A stretch of DNA of 32,000 nt from Elusimicrobia bacterium GWD2_63_28 (GTDB taxonomy: Bacteria > Elusimicrobiota > Elusimicrobia > Elusimicrobiales > UBA9959), in the NCBI GenBank assembly GCA_001799895.1, contig MGUI01000051.1, positions 1-32,000 on the forward strand. The letters run 5' to 3'. Below the pieces are notes generated by a model. The model was not told the origin of the DNA. It saw nothing but the letters and a program-made list of their open reading frames with translations, and searched no databases. Positions 22,613-32,000 of the stretch are shown here, piece after piece. The number at the start of each line of letters is the position of its first letter. Positions within the stretch are counted from its first letter, which is position 1. The translations under genes and the position numbers were made by a program.

Positions 22613-23518
22613 ATGAAGAACCTGATAAAAATAGCGGCGGCGGGCCTGATGTCCTTCAATTTTATTTCTTACGCTTCGGCTGACAGCAATGTCCTCAGGG
22701 ACGCCGGCTTCTCGCTGGAGGGTATGGAAGCCCCCGCGGCCCCGATCCCCGCCGTTGAGGCCCCCGCGCAGGCCGCCCAGGACCAGGATGTGGACTTCTT
22801 CCGCTACTTCGGCTACGCCGAAACGCCCCGCGCCACCGAACTGCTCATGGAAAAGAGCATGAAGGGCATTAACGACACCGTCTTCTCCATAGACCTGGCC
22901 ACCATCAGGAACGCCTACCTCAAGCCCTCCGTCAGCTTCACCACCGGCAAGGGCACCAAGGTGCACGTCAGCGGCTCCAAGGCCTCCAACTGCCCCGACG
23001 GCGGCAACGGCTGCGCCGACAAGGACAAGTTCTTCCTGGTGCTGACCACCTCCCGCAACGAGAGCTACTTCGTCCGCGGCACCGAGATCATCAACTGGGG
23101 CATCTTCATGAGCGGCTCCAAGACCGTCACGATAGACGGCGAGAAATTCGTGGTCAAGATAAAGGCCAACGCCTCCACCCCCGAGAACAGCATGCTCGAG
23201 GTCAAAGGCCCCCGCGGCGTAGCGCTGAACACTTCCCTCAAATCGGTGGGCGACGGCGTGGCCGCCAAGGGCGTGGACGTGAAGCTGGCCAAGAACTACA
23301 AGCTGGCCTACGGCAACGAGATCGTGCAGGGCCCCCAGGGCGCGAAGTTCACCGACAAGATGCTGGTCCTGCTCATCCCCTTCCCCGTGGTGGACGCCAC
23401 CTCCTACTTCATATTCAAGACCGCCGACATAAAGCCGTCCGGCGTCACCTTCCCGTCCTTCGAAAAGGGCTTCGGCTTCAAGCTGGAAGGCACCAGCCTG
23501 GACATCTACAGGCTGTAA
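22613..23518 (+). CDS. Secreted protein of unknown function
   Basis: ATG 22613 follows RBS AAGGAG (22602-22607). Signal peptide MKNLIKIAAAGLMSFNFISYASA, then a Pro/Ala linker and a beta-rich body of about 250 aa with one Cys pair (NCPDGGNGC). I recognised no motif. Confidence 0.6.
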   Translation: MKNLIKIAAAGLMSFNFISYASADSNVLRDAGFSLEGMEAPAAPIPAVEAPAQAAQDQDVDFFRYFGYAETPRATELLMEKSMKGINDTVFSIDLATIRNAYLKPSVSFTTGKGTKVHVSGSKASNCPDGGNGCADKDKFFLVLTTSRNESYFVRGTEIINWGIFMSGSKTVTIDGEKFVVKIKANASTPENSMLEVKGPRGVALNTSLKSVGDGVAAKGVDVKLAKNYKLAYGNEIVQGPQGAKFTDKMLVLLIPFPVVDATSYFIFKTADIKPSGVTFPSFEKGFGFKLEGTSLDIYRL

Positions 23519-23623
23519 TAGAACCGCCGCGAAGAAAGAGACCGGTACTGCCGGTCTTTTTCTTTGCCCCGCCGCTTTGTTATCATAAGAGTAAGCAGGA
23601 AACCGGCCGTCAGCGAGGAGACT

Positions 23624-25060
23624 ATGGACAAACTTCGTGAGATAATCAAGTACCTGGAAGGCAGGCAGGCGCGCTTCGCGGACGCGCGCGAGCATCTGTT
23701 CCGCCAGCGCGAGATCTATACCGAGGACACGCGCGTGGAGCAGATAACCGAGCAGGACATCTCCGGCGTCGGCATCAAGGTCCTCTACAACAACGGCTGG
23801 GGCTACGCCTCCACCAGCGCCATGGACATGGACTCGCTGCGCGCCGCGGCGGACAAAGCCCTCTCGCTCGCCAAATACGCAGACAAGTCGGCCGTGGAAC
23901 CGGTGGTACTGGCCGCCGAGCCCAGGCATACGGGCCGGTTCGCCACCAACATAAAAGAAAACCCTTTCGAGGTGAAGATCAGCGACGCCGTGGGCGCGCT
24001 GCTTGAGGCCGGGGAGATCAGCCTGAAGGGCAAGGATATTATTAAGGCCAACGGCTATTTGGTGCTGCGCAACATGCGCAAGAAGTACGCCAATACCGAG
24101 GGCTCGGCCATAGAGACCGACATCTACACGATACTGCCTGAGATACAGGCCACCGCCCGCGCCAACGGCGAGGTGAAGTCCCGGCATTACTGGGCCTCCC
24201 CGGAGACCGCGGGTTACGAATTCTTCCGGGGCATTGATTTTAAGACCAACGCCGCGCGCATAGCGGAGCAGGCGCGGGAGCATTGCTTCGCCAGGGCCTG
24301 CGAATCCGGCCCGACCACGCTGATACTGGACCCGGAGCACCTTTCGCTGACCATACACGAATCCGTGGGGCATCCGACGGAGCTGGACCGCGTGCTCGGC
24401 TACGAAGAATCCTGCGCCGGCCGCAGCTTCGCCACCATGGACAAGCTCGGCAAGTTCAAATACGGCTCGGAGCTGGTCAATCTGGTGGCGGACAATACTT
24501 TGGAGGGGGGGCTGGCGAGCTGCGGCTACGACGACGAGGGCGTGGAATGCCAGAAATGGCATATCGTCAAGGACGGCATCCTCAACGGCTACGGCGTGAA
24601 CCGCGAACTGGCGCACAAGATGAACATGTCCCGCGCCAACGGCACCACCCGGGCCACCCTGTATTCGGACGTGCCGATAACCCGCATGCCCAACCTCTAC
24701 CTGGCCCCGGGCAAGAAGCCCCTGACCAAAGAGCAGCTGATAGCCGACACCGAGAGCGGCATTTATATCGAAGGCATGGGCTCATTCAGCATAGACCAGA
24801 TGCGGCTGAACATGCAGTTCGGCGGGGACGCCTTCTGGGAGATCAAGAACGGCAAGATCACGGGCATGCTCAAGGACGTGGTCTACAACGCCCTCTCCTA
24901 CGAGTTCTGGCGCTCCTGCGACGCCATCGCCGACGAGAGCGAGTTCCGGCGCGCGGGCTTCATCACCTGCGGCAAGGGCGACCCCATGCAGGCGGCGCAG
25001 ATGACCCACGGGGCCAGCCCGGCGAGGTTCAGGAACATCACCGTGCGGAGGGCCAAATGA
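23624..25060 (+). CDS. tldD: TldD-family metalloprotease
   Basis: ATG 23624 follows GAGGAG. 478 aa. 'HESVGHPTELDR' is the HExxxH zinc motif of TldD, and 'GxC..GKGDP' lies near the C-terminus. Confidence 0.85.
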   Translation: MDKLREIIKYLEGRQARFADAREHLFRQREIYTEDTRVEQITEQDISGVGIKVLYNNGWGYASTSAMDMDSLRAAADKALSLAKYADKSAVEPVVLAAEPRHTGRFATNIKENPFEVKISDAVGALLEAGEISLKGKDIIKANGYLVLRNMRKKYANTEGSAIETDIYTILPEIQATARANGEVKSRHYWASPETAGYEFFRGIDFKTNAARIAEQAREHCFARACESGPTTLILDPEHLSLTIHESVGHPTELDRVLGYEESCAGRSFATMDKLGKFKYGSELVNLVADNTLEGGLASCGYDDEGVECQKWHIVKDGILNGYGVNRELAHKMNMSRANGTTRATLYSDVPITRMPNLYLAPGKKPLTKEQLIADTESGIYIEGMGSFSIDQMRLNMQFGGDAFWEIKNGKITGMLKDVVYNALSYEFWRSCDAIADESEFRRAGFITCGKGDPMQAAQMTHGASPARFRNITVRRAK

Positions 25061-26346
25061 ACAAGACGAATTCCATAATAGAGAAAGTGCTTAAAGATCC
25101 GGTCACGGACCACGTGGTCCTGGCCTATTCCAAAAGCGAGACGCACCATATCCGCTTCTCCAATAACTCGGTCAACAGGGAAAACCTGCACAAGCTGGAA
25201 GAGGAAGTGAAGGCCGAGGTCGGGGTGGACGGCGCGACCGGCGCCTGCCGCACCAACGACCTTTCCGAGGAGGGCATAAAGCGCGCCGTCGCCAAAGCTT
25301 ACGAGACCGCAAAGCTGCTGCCCAAAGATCCGGAATACATGCCGCCCATCACGCAGCAGGAGGCGGCGGCGGTAAAGAACTTCAAGCCCGCTTTCGGCGA
25401 GTTTTCAGAAGAAAAGAAATACGGCATACTCGACGAGGCGTTCGGGGAAATGAAGAAGGCCGGGCTGAACTCCGCCGGGAGCCTTTCGGCCAACCCGTAC
25501 ACGCTGGAGGTCTACAACAACAGGGGCGCGCGCCTTTCCCACACCAACTGCTTCTCCACGCTGGCCCTGACGGCCATGACGGGGAACTCTTCGTTCAAGG
25601 ATTCGCACATCTCCAAGGATTTCTCCGACTACGACGGCGCCAAATTCCTGTCGGACCTGGTGTCCCGCGCGAAGCTGTCGGAGAACCCGGGCCCGCTGGA
25701 GCCCGGCAAGTACACCGTGGTGCTGGGGCCCGCGGCCGTGGAAGAACTGCTGCTTTTCTTCTGCTGGTACAATATGGACGCCAAGGCCATAGACGAGGGG
25801 CGCTCGGCTTTCTCCAAGCGGCCCGGCGCGACCATAGCCTCCGACCTGGTGCATATCTGCTCCAAGCCGGACCACGGCCGGGTGGGCCTGCACCCTTTCT
25901 GCATCGATGACGGGATGCCCTACACTGAATTCGACATGATAAAGGGGGGCAAGCTGGTGAGCCCCTGGTATTCCAGGTTCTACGCCGCCAAGAAGGGCGT
26001 GGCCGCCACCGGCAAGCAGTCCGCGAATATCCTGTTCAAGGGCACGGATAAGCCGCTCGAGGCGCTCATCGCCGGGGTGGAAAACGGCGTCTACGTGAAC
26101 AGCTTCTGGTACATCCGCCTGGTGGACCTGATGGACGGCATCTTTACCGGCATGACGCGCGACGGGGTCTTCCGCATCAAGGACGGCAAACTGGCCGGGA
26201 GCGTGAATAATTTCCGCTTCAACCAGAGCGTCTTCGACCTGCTGCTCAACACCATAGACGTGGGCCGGGCCAAGGATATGTTCTTCACCTCGATGCCCCC
26301 CATAACGGTCCGCGACTTCAACTTCGTCAGCAAGACGGAATTCTGA
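25057..26346 (+). CDS. pmbA: PmbA/TldE-family protein (TldD partner)
   Basis: ATG 25057 overlaps the tldD TGA (ATGA). 429 aa. It belongs to the TldD/PmbA fold but lacks HExxxH, as expected for TldE. Confidence 0.75.
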   Translation: MNKTNSIIEKVLKDPVTDHVVLAYSKSETHHIRFSNNSVNRENLHKLEEEVKAEVGVDGATGACRTNDLSEEGIKRAVAKAYETAKLLPKDPEYMPPITQQEAAAVKNFKPAFGEFSEEKKYGILDEAFGEMKKAGLNSAGSLSANPYTLEVYNNRGARLSHTNCFSTLALTAMTGNSSFKDSHISKDFSDYDGAKFLSDLVSRAKLSENPGPLEPGKYTVVLGPAAVEELLLFFCWYNMDAKAIDEGRSAFSKRPGATIASDLVHICSKPDHGRVGLHPFCIDDGMPYTEFDMIKGGKLVSPWYSRFYAAKKGVAATGKQSANILFKGTDKPLEALIAGVENGVYVNSFWYIRLVDLMDGIFTGMTRDGVFRIKDGKLAGSVNNFRFNQSVFDLLLNTIDVGRAKDMFFTSMPPITVRDFNFVSKTEF

Positions 26347-26366
26347 ACCCCGCGGTAAGCAACAGG

Positions 26367-26396
26367 GAAGGCCGGGCAGTCCCGGCCTTCTTTATT
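26367..26396 (+). terminator. Rho-independent terminator
   Basis: GAAGGCCGGG (26367-26376), loop cagt, CCCGGCCTTC (26381-26390), then TTTATT. Confidence 0.8.
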
Positions 26397-26492
26397 CCGC
26401 CCGTCCCCTGACGGGCGCCCGGGACAAAAATTATATAATGCTTATGAGCGGGGAGAAAAACGCCCGCCCGTCGGCCGCGGTATAAGGGAAAA

Positions 26493-27110
26493 ATGAATTT
26501 TGCTGAAGATATCAGGACGGTCTTTTCCAAGGACCCGGCCGCTCGCGGCTTTTGGGAGGTGCTGCTCTGCTATCCCGGCCTGCACGCCGTCTGGCTTTAC
26601 CGGCCCGCCCACTGGCTCTGGCAGCGGGGGCTCCATTTCCCGGCGCGGCTGATCTCCCATCTGGCGCGCTTCCTGACCGGGGTCGAGATACACCCCGGGG
26701 CCACTATCGGCCGCCGCTTCTTCATAGACCACGGCATGGGCGTGGTGATAGGCGAGACCTCCGAGATCGGCGACGACGTGCTGGTTTACCAGGGCGTGGT
26801 GCTGGGCGGCACGTCGCTCGAGCATAAGAAGCGCCATCCCACGCTTGGCAACGGTGTGGTGGTGGGGGCCGGCGCTATCGTGCTGGGCGCCATAAAGATC
26901 GGCGACCGCTCGCGCATAGGCGCGGCCTCGGTGGTGCTGCAGGACATCCCGCCCGACACCACCGTCTTCGGCGTGCCCGCGCACAGCGCCCGCGGCGGGG
27001 CCGGCAGGCAACAGCTCGACCACAACAAGCTGCCGGACTTCTGCGGCGAAGAGATGCGCCGCGTGCAGGCCCAGCTGGACGAACTCAAAAGGGAGCTGGC
27101 CAAAAAATGA
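26493..27110 (+). CDS. cysE: Serine O-acetyltransferase
   Basis: 205 aa. '[30 protein letters not shown]', '[27 protein letters not shown]' and hexapeptide repeats. Confidence 0.85.
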   Translation: MNFAEDIRTVFSKDPAARGFWEVLLCYPGLHAVWLYRPAHWLWQRGLHFPARLISHLARFLTGVEIHPGATIGRRFFIDHGMGVVIGETSEIGDDVLVYQGVVLGGTSLEHKKRHPTLGNGVVVGAGAIVLGAIKIGDRSRIGAASVVLQDIPPDTTVFGVPAHSARGGAGRQQLDHNKLPDFCGEEMRRVQAQLDELKRELAKK

Positions 27111-28054
27111 AATACGCCCCCGACCTGAGCGGCCTGATAGGCCGCACCCCGCTGGTCCGCGTCAACAGCATCGCCGCCGGCAGCAAGGCGCTGCTGCTGG
27201 CCAAGCTGGAATTTTTCAACCCGTCCTCCAGCGTTAAGGACAGGGCCGCCTGGGGCATGCTGGCCGACGCCGAGGAGCGCGGCCTGCTCAAGCCCGGCGC
27301 GCTGGTGGTAGAGCCCACCAGCGGCAATACCGGCATAGGCCTGGCCTGGCTCTGCGCCATAAAAGGCTACCGCCTGGTGCTGACCATGCCCGAGACCATG
27401 AGCCTGGAGCGCCGCAAGATCCTGCACGCCTTCGGGGCCGCAATGGTCCTTACGCCGGGCGCCGACGGCATGGCCGGAGCGGTGGCCAAAGCCGAGGAGA
27501 TAGTGGCCGCCACGCCCGGGGCCTTCATGCCGCGGCAGTTTTCCAACCCCGCCAATCCGGCCATACACGAAAAGACCACGGCGGAAGAGATCTGGGCCGA
27601 TACCGACGGAGAAATAGATTTTCTGGTGGCCGGGGTGGGCACCGGCGGAACTTTGACCGGGGTGGCGCGGCTGCTGAAGGCGCGCAGGCCCGGCGTGAAA
27701 ATTATCGCGGTAGAGCCCGCCGCCTCCCCGCTGCTGTCGGGCGGCGCGGCCGGCCCGCACCGCATACAGGGCATAGGCGCTAATTTTATCCCCGAAGTCC
27801 TGGACCGGTCCCTGGTAGACGAAGTGCTGCGGACCGGCGACGAAGAGGCGGGCGTCATGGCCCGCCGCCTGATGAAAGAGGAAGGGATCTTCGCCGGCAT
27901 TTCTTCCGGCGCGGCCATGGCGGCCGCCGCGGAGATAGCGCTGCGCCCCGGCTCGGCCGGCAAGACTATAGTCGCCATCCTCCCGGACACCGCCGAGCGC
28001 TACCTGAGCACCTGGCTCTTCGAGGACCTGCCGCCGCAGGGGGCCTCGGATTAA
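27107..28054 (+). CDS. cysK: Cysteine synthase A (O-acetylserine sulfhydrylase)
   Basis: 315 aa. 'GRTPLVRVN', '[15 protein letters not shown]' (PLP lysine), 'GNTGIGLA' and '[10 protein letters not shown]'. ATGA overlap with cysE. Confidence 0.9.
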   Translation: MKYAPDLSGLIGRTPLVRVNSIAAGSKALLLAKLEFFNPSSSVKDRAAWGMLADAEERGLLKPGALVVEPTSGNTGIGLAWLCAIKGYRLVLTMPETMSLERRKILHAFGAAMVLTPGADGMAGAVAKAEEIVAATPGAFMPRQFSNPANPAIHEKTTAEEIWADTDGEIDFLVAGVGTGGTLTGVARLLKARRPGVKIIAVEPAASPLLSGGAAGPHRIQGIGANFIPEVLDRSLVDEVLRTGDEEAGVMARRLMKEEGIFAGISSGAAMAAAAEIALRPGSAGKTIVAILPDTAERYLSTWLFEDLPPQGASD

Positions 28055-28055
28055 T

Positions 28056-28514
28056 ATGAAACTCGCCACCCTCTGTTACGTTCAAAAAAACGGCAAGACC
28101 CTGATGCTGCACCGCGTCAAGAAGGCGGACGACGTGCACGAGGGGAAATGGAACGGCCTCGGCGGCAAGCTGGAGACCGGCGAGAGCCCCGAGGACTGCG
28201 TGATAAGGGAGATCCGCGAAGAGGCCGGGCTGAAGATCAGGGCACCGAAACTCAAAGGCGTGCTCACCTTCCCGGATTTCGCCAAAAGCGAGGACTGGTA
28301 TGTCTTCGTCTTCACCGCCTCGAACTTTACCGGCCGGCTGATAGATTCCCCTGAAGGGAACCTGGCCTGGATCCCAAACAGGGACCTGCTGAAGTTGAAC
28401 TTATGGGAAGGGGACAAGGTGTTCCTGCCCCTGCTCAGGCGGAAGGGGCATTTCTCCGGCAAGTTCCAGTACCGCGGCGGCCGGCTGCTCAAATACAGCG
28501 TGGAAAAATACTGA
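28056..28514 (+). CDS. NUDIX hydrolase (MutT-like)
   Basis: 152 aa. 'GGKLETGESPEDCVIREIREEAGL' matches the Nudix box GX5EX7REUXEEXGU. Confidence 0.85.
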   Translation: MKLATLCYVQKNGKTLMLHRVKKADDVHEGKWNGLGGKLETGESPEDCVIREIREEAGLKIRAPKLKGVLTFPDFAKSEDWYVFVFTASNFTGRLIDSPEGNLAWIPNRDLLKLNLWEGDKVFLPLLRRKGHFSGKFQYRGGRLLKYSVEKY

Positions 28515-29620
28515 TGAAAAAAGAACTTATACTGGGCCTTATGAGCGGTACCTCCGCCGACGGGCTTTCCATAGCCCTCTGCGAAGCCGGCGGGGGCGGG
28601 CTGGAGGTAAAAGCCTTCGGCAATTACCCTTACCCGGCGGCGCTGCAGGTGCGCATCATAGCCGCTAAAGACATGGCGGCCCCTGAACTCTCCGCCCTGA
28701 ACTTCGAGCTCGGGCGCCTCTGGGCCGGCATGGTGAAGTCTTTCTGCAGGAAACACCGTGTGCCCTATAAAAAAATAGCTGTCATCGGCTCCCACGGCCA
28801 GACGGTCTGGCATGCCCCGGGCAAAAAGGGCCACACGCTGCAGATTGGCGAGGCCTCTTTCATAGCCGAAGAGACCGGCCGCCCGGTGGCCTGCGATTTC
28901 CGCCCGGCCGACATGGCGGCCGGCGGGGAGGGCGCGCCCCTTATCCCGTTCATGGACGAATACCTGTTCGGGGGCGGCAGGCCCGTCGGGCTGCAGAACA
29001 TAGGCGGCGTGGGCAATATCGCCTTCGCCGGCAAGGGCGTAAAAACCTTCGGCTTCGACACCGGGCCCGGCAACTCGCTGATGGACACGGCGGTCTGTGA
29101 AATTTCCGGCGGCCGGCTTGCCTACGACAAGGGCGGCGCGTGGGCCGCCTCGGGCGAGGCGGACCTGGGCAAGGTAGACCAGTTGCTGGACGCTCCTTTC
29201 TTCTCGCGCCGCCCGCCCAAGTCCCTGGACCGCAGCGAGTACACCCTGGCCTTCATCAAGAAGCATTTTCCGGGGCAGCTCAATAAAAAATGCGCCGGCA
29301 ACCTGCTGGCGACGCTGAACCTCTTCACCGCGGCCTCCATCGCCCTGGCCTTCAGGAATTTCGCGCCGCGCGGCGCGAAAGAGCTGATCGTCAGCGGCGG
29401 CGGCGCCCTGAACCCGGCGCTGATGGATAATATCGCGGCCCTGCTGCTGCCGGCCGGCGTCCGCGTGCGCTCTATCGCCGAGCTGGGCATACACCCGCTG
29501 GCCAAGGAGCCGGCCTGCTTCGCGCTGCTGGGCTGGCTGGCGCTGCGCGGGCGGGTCAACCACTGCCCGGCCGCCACCGGGGCGCGCGGGTCGCGCGTAC
29601 TGGGCAAACTGCTGCGCTGA
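28514..29620 (+). CDS. anmK: Anhydro-N-acetylmuramic acid kinase
   Basis: In-frame ATG 28514 shares 1 nt with the upstream TGA. 368 aa. 'ILGLMSGTSADGLS', 'IGSHGQTVWH', 'FDTGPGNSLMD' and 'VSGGGALNPALM' are typical of AnmK. Confidence 0.85.
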   Translation: MKKELILGLMSGTSADGLSIALCEAGGGGLEVKAFGNYPYPAALQVRIIAAKDMAAPELSALNFELGRLWAGMVKSFCRKHRVPYKKIAVIGSHGQTVWHAPGKKGHTLQIGEASFIAEETGRPVACDFRPADMAAGGEGAPLIPFMDEYLFGGGRPVGLQNIGGVGNIAFAGKGVKTFGFDTGPGNSLMDTAVCEISGGRLAYDKGGAWAASGEADLGKVDQLLDAPFFSRRPPKSLDRSEYTLAFIKKHFPGQLNKKCAGNLLATLNLFTAASIALAFRNFAPRGAKELIVSGGGALNPALMDNIAALLLPAGVRVRSIAELGIHPLAKEPACFALLGWLALRGRVNHCPAATGARGSRVLGKLLR

Positions 29621-30936
29621 TGGACCGGCCTCCGCCCCACCGCTCTAAACTGGCCCTGCTGCTGCGGGCCTTCAAGTACAGGAATTACCGGCTTTTCTTC
29701 AGCGGCCAGCTCGTCTCCCTCATAGGCACCTGGATGCAGACCGTGGCGCTGAGCTGGCTGATCTACCGGCTCACCGGCTCGCCGCTGCTGCTGGGCGTCA
29801 CGGCCTTCGCCGCGCAGGTGCCCACGCTGCTGCTGGCGCCGTTCACCGGCCCGGCGGCGGACCGGTTCGACCGCCGCAGCATCCTCCTGCTCACGCAAAG
29901 CCTTTCGATGCTGCAGTCCCTGGCGCTGGCCCTGCTGGTGCTGTTCGGTTCGCCCCAGCCCTGGCAGATCATCGCGCTCGCCTCGCTGCTCGGCGTGATC
30001 AACGCCTTCGACATGCCCGCCCGCCAGTCCTTTATCATACAGCTGGTGGAAAAGCGCGAAGACCTGGCCAACGCCATCGCCCTCAACTCCTCAATGTTCA
30101 ATTCCGCCCGGCTGATCGGGCCTTCCGTGGCCGGCATCTTCATCGCCGCTTTCGGCGAGGGCGCCTGCTTCCTGATAAATTCCCTGTCGTACCTGGCGGT
30201 CATCGCGGCGCTGGCGGCCATGAAGATCAAGCCCGCCGCCGCCGGCCCGCGCAAGTCCAGGGGGGGCTTCGCCGAGGGGCTGAAATACGTTTCAGGCTTC
30301 CCGCCGATAAAATACATCATGCTGATGCTGGCCGTGGGCAGCCTGCTCGGCATGCCCTACGCCGTGCTGATGCCCGCCTACGTGCGGGATATCCTGCACG
30401 GCGGGCCCAGGACGCTCGGTTTCCTGATGGGGGCCTCGGGCGTAGGGGCCGTGCTGGGCGCCCTGCGCCTGGCCCTGCGCCGGAACCCGGCCGGGCTGGA
30501 GCGGGAGATAGCGGTCTATACCGGCATCTTCGGGCTGGGGCTGACGGCTTTCTCTTTCTCTTCCGACTTCGTGTTCTCCGCCCCGCTGCTGGCGCTGTCG
30601 AGCTTCGGCATGGTCAGCTTCTTCGCCTCCTCCAACACGGTGATACAGACCCTGGTGGAGGACGACAAACGCGGCCGGGTAATGGCGCTCCACTCGGTGG
30701 CCTTCATGGGCATGGCCCCTTTCGGCAGCCTGCTGGCGGGGCTGGCGGCCGCCCGCCTGGGGCCGGCCCGCGCCATGACGCTCAGCGGCCTCTGCGTGCT
30801 GGCCGCGGCCGCGGTCTTCGCTTCCCGGCGGAAGCTCATCTCGGAGCACGCCGCGCCGGTTTATACCAGGCTCGGCATGGGCGGCCTGGCCTCGCTCGAA
30901 CTGCAGGAGGCGGAGCAGGCCGAAAGGCCCGTCTAG
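29620..30936 (+). CDS. MFS transporter (EntS/DUF894-like)
   Basis: 438 aa with about 12 TMs. 'YRNYRLFFSGQLVSLIGTWMQ' and 'GPAADRFDRR' are typical of this MFS subgroup. The ATG shares 1 nt with the anmK TGA. Confidence 0.8.
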   Translation: MDRPPPHRSKLALLLRAFKYRNYRLFFSGQLVSLIGTWMQTVALSWLIYRLTGSPLLLGVTAFAAQVPTLLLAPFTGPAADRFDRRSILLLTQSLSMLQSLALALLVLFGSPQPWQIIALASLLGVINAFDMPARQSFIIQLVEKREDLANAIALNSSMFNSARLIGPSVAGIFIAAFGEGACFLINSLSYLAVIAALAAMKIKPAAAGPRKSRGGFAEGLKYVSGFPPIKYIMLMLAVGSLLGMPYAVLMPAYVRDILHGGPRTLGFLMGASGVGAVLGALRLALRRNPAGLEREIAVYTGIFGLGLTAFSFSSDFVFSAPLLALSSFGMVSFFASSNTVIQTLVEDDKRGRVMALHSVAFMGMAPFGSLLAGLAAARLGPARAMTLSGLCVLAAAAVFASRRKLISEHAAPVYTRLGMGGLASLELQEAEQAERPV

Positions 30937-30946
30937 GCCCTTTTTT

Positions 30947-30954
30947 TGTAGAAT
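30947..30954 (+). promoter_or_regulatory. Extended -10 promoter, probably leaderless, for the squalene/phytoene-synthase-family gene
   Basis: TGTAGAAT (30947-30954), with ATG 30962 starting 7 nt later and no SD. Preceded by a weak hairpin and T7 (30924-30947). Confidence 0.4.
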
Positions 30955-30961
30955 TTAACAG

Positions 30962-32000
30962 ATGGATAAGAGCAGGCCCCGCCTTTCCGGCGAAATCAAG
31001 ACCATACTCAAAAAAGTATCCCGCACGCTTTACCTGAGCGTGAACATCCTGCCCGAGCCCGCGCGGATGCACATGGGGCTGGGCTATCTGCTTTGCCGCG
31101 CGCTGGATACCGTGGCGGACACCCCCGGCGTGACGGCCCAGGAGAAACTGCGCATCCTGGCGCTCGCCCGCGGGCTGGACAAGCCCGGCGCGGGCGACGA
31201 ACTGCTTGAGAGGATACAGGCCCTGCAGGCCCGCCCCGCGCACCAGGGGGAGCGGGAGCTGCTGCTGAAATTCGGCAAGGTGCTCTCTCTCTACGCCGAA
31301 CTGCCCGCCGACGACAAACCCCTTTTCTCTGAACTGCTCGGCGGCGTTGCCGCGGGCATGGAGATGGACGTAGTCTCCTTCCCCGGCGGCGCCCCGGCCG
31401 CCCTTAAAACCTGCGGAGACCTGGAGCGCTACTGCCGCCTGATCGGCGGGGCGCCGGGCGTGTTCTGGGCCAGGCTTTACCGCGAGGCCATACGCCGCTC
31501 AAGCCGGAGCGTGTCTAATTTTCCTTCGGAAAAAGACGCGGAGATGATAGGCTCAGCCCTGCAGATGACGAATCTCCTCAAGGATATGGCGGCCGACCTG
31601 CGCGCCGGCCGCTGCTACCTGCCGCAGGAAGACCTGGATACCAGGAACATGAAGCCGGAGGAACTGCTGGTCCCGGCCAACATGGCGCGCGTCAGGGAGC
31701 TCACCGCCAAGTGGACCTGCTGGGCGCTCGACAGGCTGGACCAGTGCGAGGTTTTCGTGTCGGCCATCCCCAAGACCGAGCTGGCCCTGCGGGCCGCCGT
31801 GATCTGGCCCGTCTATTGGGCCATGGACACCCTGGAAGAGGCCGCCCATTCCAATTTGCTGGACCCGGGCGACAGGCCGCGCGTGAAGCGCCACCGGATC
31901 TACACTACCATAGCGGCCACGCCGCCGCTGCTGCTCAGCAACACCGCTTTCGCCCGCGGCTACAGGTTCCGCAGGGAGACGCTCATCGGTTCTATAACCG
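30962..32000 (+). CDS. Squalene/phytoene synthase family protein (HpnC/HpnD-like), 3' end outside window
   Basis: Not in the ORF track because it runs off the window. I translated 346 codons from ATG 30962 without a stop. 'YLLCRALDTVAD' and 'LQMTNLLKDMAADLRAGRCYLP' are the two Asp-rich motifs of this family. Confidence 0.75.
   Translation, partial: MDKSRPRLSGEIKTILKKVSRTLYLSVNILPEPARMHMGLGYLLCRALDTVADTPGVTAQEKLRILALARGLDKPGAGDELLERIQALQARPAHQGERELLLKFGKVLSLYAELPADDKPLFSELLGGVAAGMEMDVVSFPGGAPAALKTCGDLERYCRLIGGAPGVFWARLYREAIRRSSRSVSNFPSEKDAEMIGSALQMTNLLKDMAADLRAGRCYLPQEDLDTRNMKPEELLVPANMARVRELTAKWTCWALDRLDQCEVFVSAIPKTELALRAAVIWPVYWAMDTLEEAAHSNLLDPGDRPRVKRHRIYTTIAATPPLLLSNTAFARGYRFRRETLIGSIT

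Noticed and set aside
22541-24616. 691-aa minus-strand ORF spanning the secreted-protein gene, an intergenic region and half of tldD
   Set aside because: It crosses a real intergenic region and two well-supported plus-strand genes. Its composition (G/A/V/R/H runs) is typical of a GC-rich shadow frame, and it has no recognisable domain.
26445-26486. 13-codon uORF ([13 protein letters not shown]) in the cysE leader, considered as a Cys-responsive leader peptide
   Set aside because: It contains no Cys or Met regulatory codons, has no SD and has no alternative hairpin pair. It is indistinguishable from chance.
26786-29563. Two long minus-strand ORFs (427 aa and 493 aa) opposite cysE/cysK and nudix/anmK
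   Set aside because: The plus-strand genes have unmistakable catalytic motifs and coupled starts. The antisense products are low-complexity R/G/A/P-rich with no motifs.

Overview
GC-rich bacterial chromosomal segment (G+C judged by eye, not computed). I call 37 protein-coding genes, tightly packed, many with 1-4 nt stop/start overlaps. I saw no rRNA, tRNA, CRISPR array, transposase or integrase.

Left third:
- 3' end of an RRM/RGG RNA-binding protein gene.
- A secreted clostripain-like (C11) peptidase.
- A TetR-headed envelope efflux operon: TolC-like OMP, short HlyD-like adaptor, two ABC ATPases, two ABC-2 permeases and a cupin. It resembles E. coli cecR-ybhGFSR.

Middle:
- A beta-lactamase-fold serine hydrolase and an M42 peptidase, bracketed by two copies of an ~80-bp palindromic repeat.
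- An RsuA/RluB-type pseudouridine synthase.

Main highlight (about 11.99-20.04 kb): a cysteine-rich metal(loid) island.
- The mercury-methylation pair hgcA-hgcB lies on the minus strand. HgcA carries the NVWCAAGK cap-helix motif plus a C-terminal TM domain. HgcB is a 2x[4Fe-4S] ferredoxin ending in CC.
- The pair sits between two ArsR-headed operons.
- Left operon: arsR, ArsP-like permease, thioredoxin-like protein, DGC zinc-binding protein, ArsF-like CxxC protein, CcdA/ArsG-like protein. It converges on hgcB with 5 bp between the stop codons.
- Right operon: arsR, HesB/IscA-like protein, arsC, acr3, PhnD-like lipoprotein. It diverges from hgcA across a 73-bp control region.
- That control region holds a perfect 9-bp inverted repeat over both candidate -10 boxes.

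Right third:
- FadL-like OMP, a standalone WD40 propeller and an unknown secreted protein.
- TldD/PmbA.
- A cysE-cysK-nudix-anmK-MFS operon.
- The 5' part of a squalene/phytoene-synthase-family gene running off the window.

All product calls rest on motif recognition by eye. No database search was possible.
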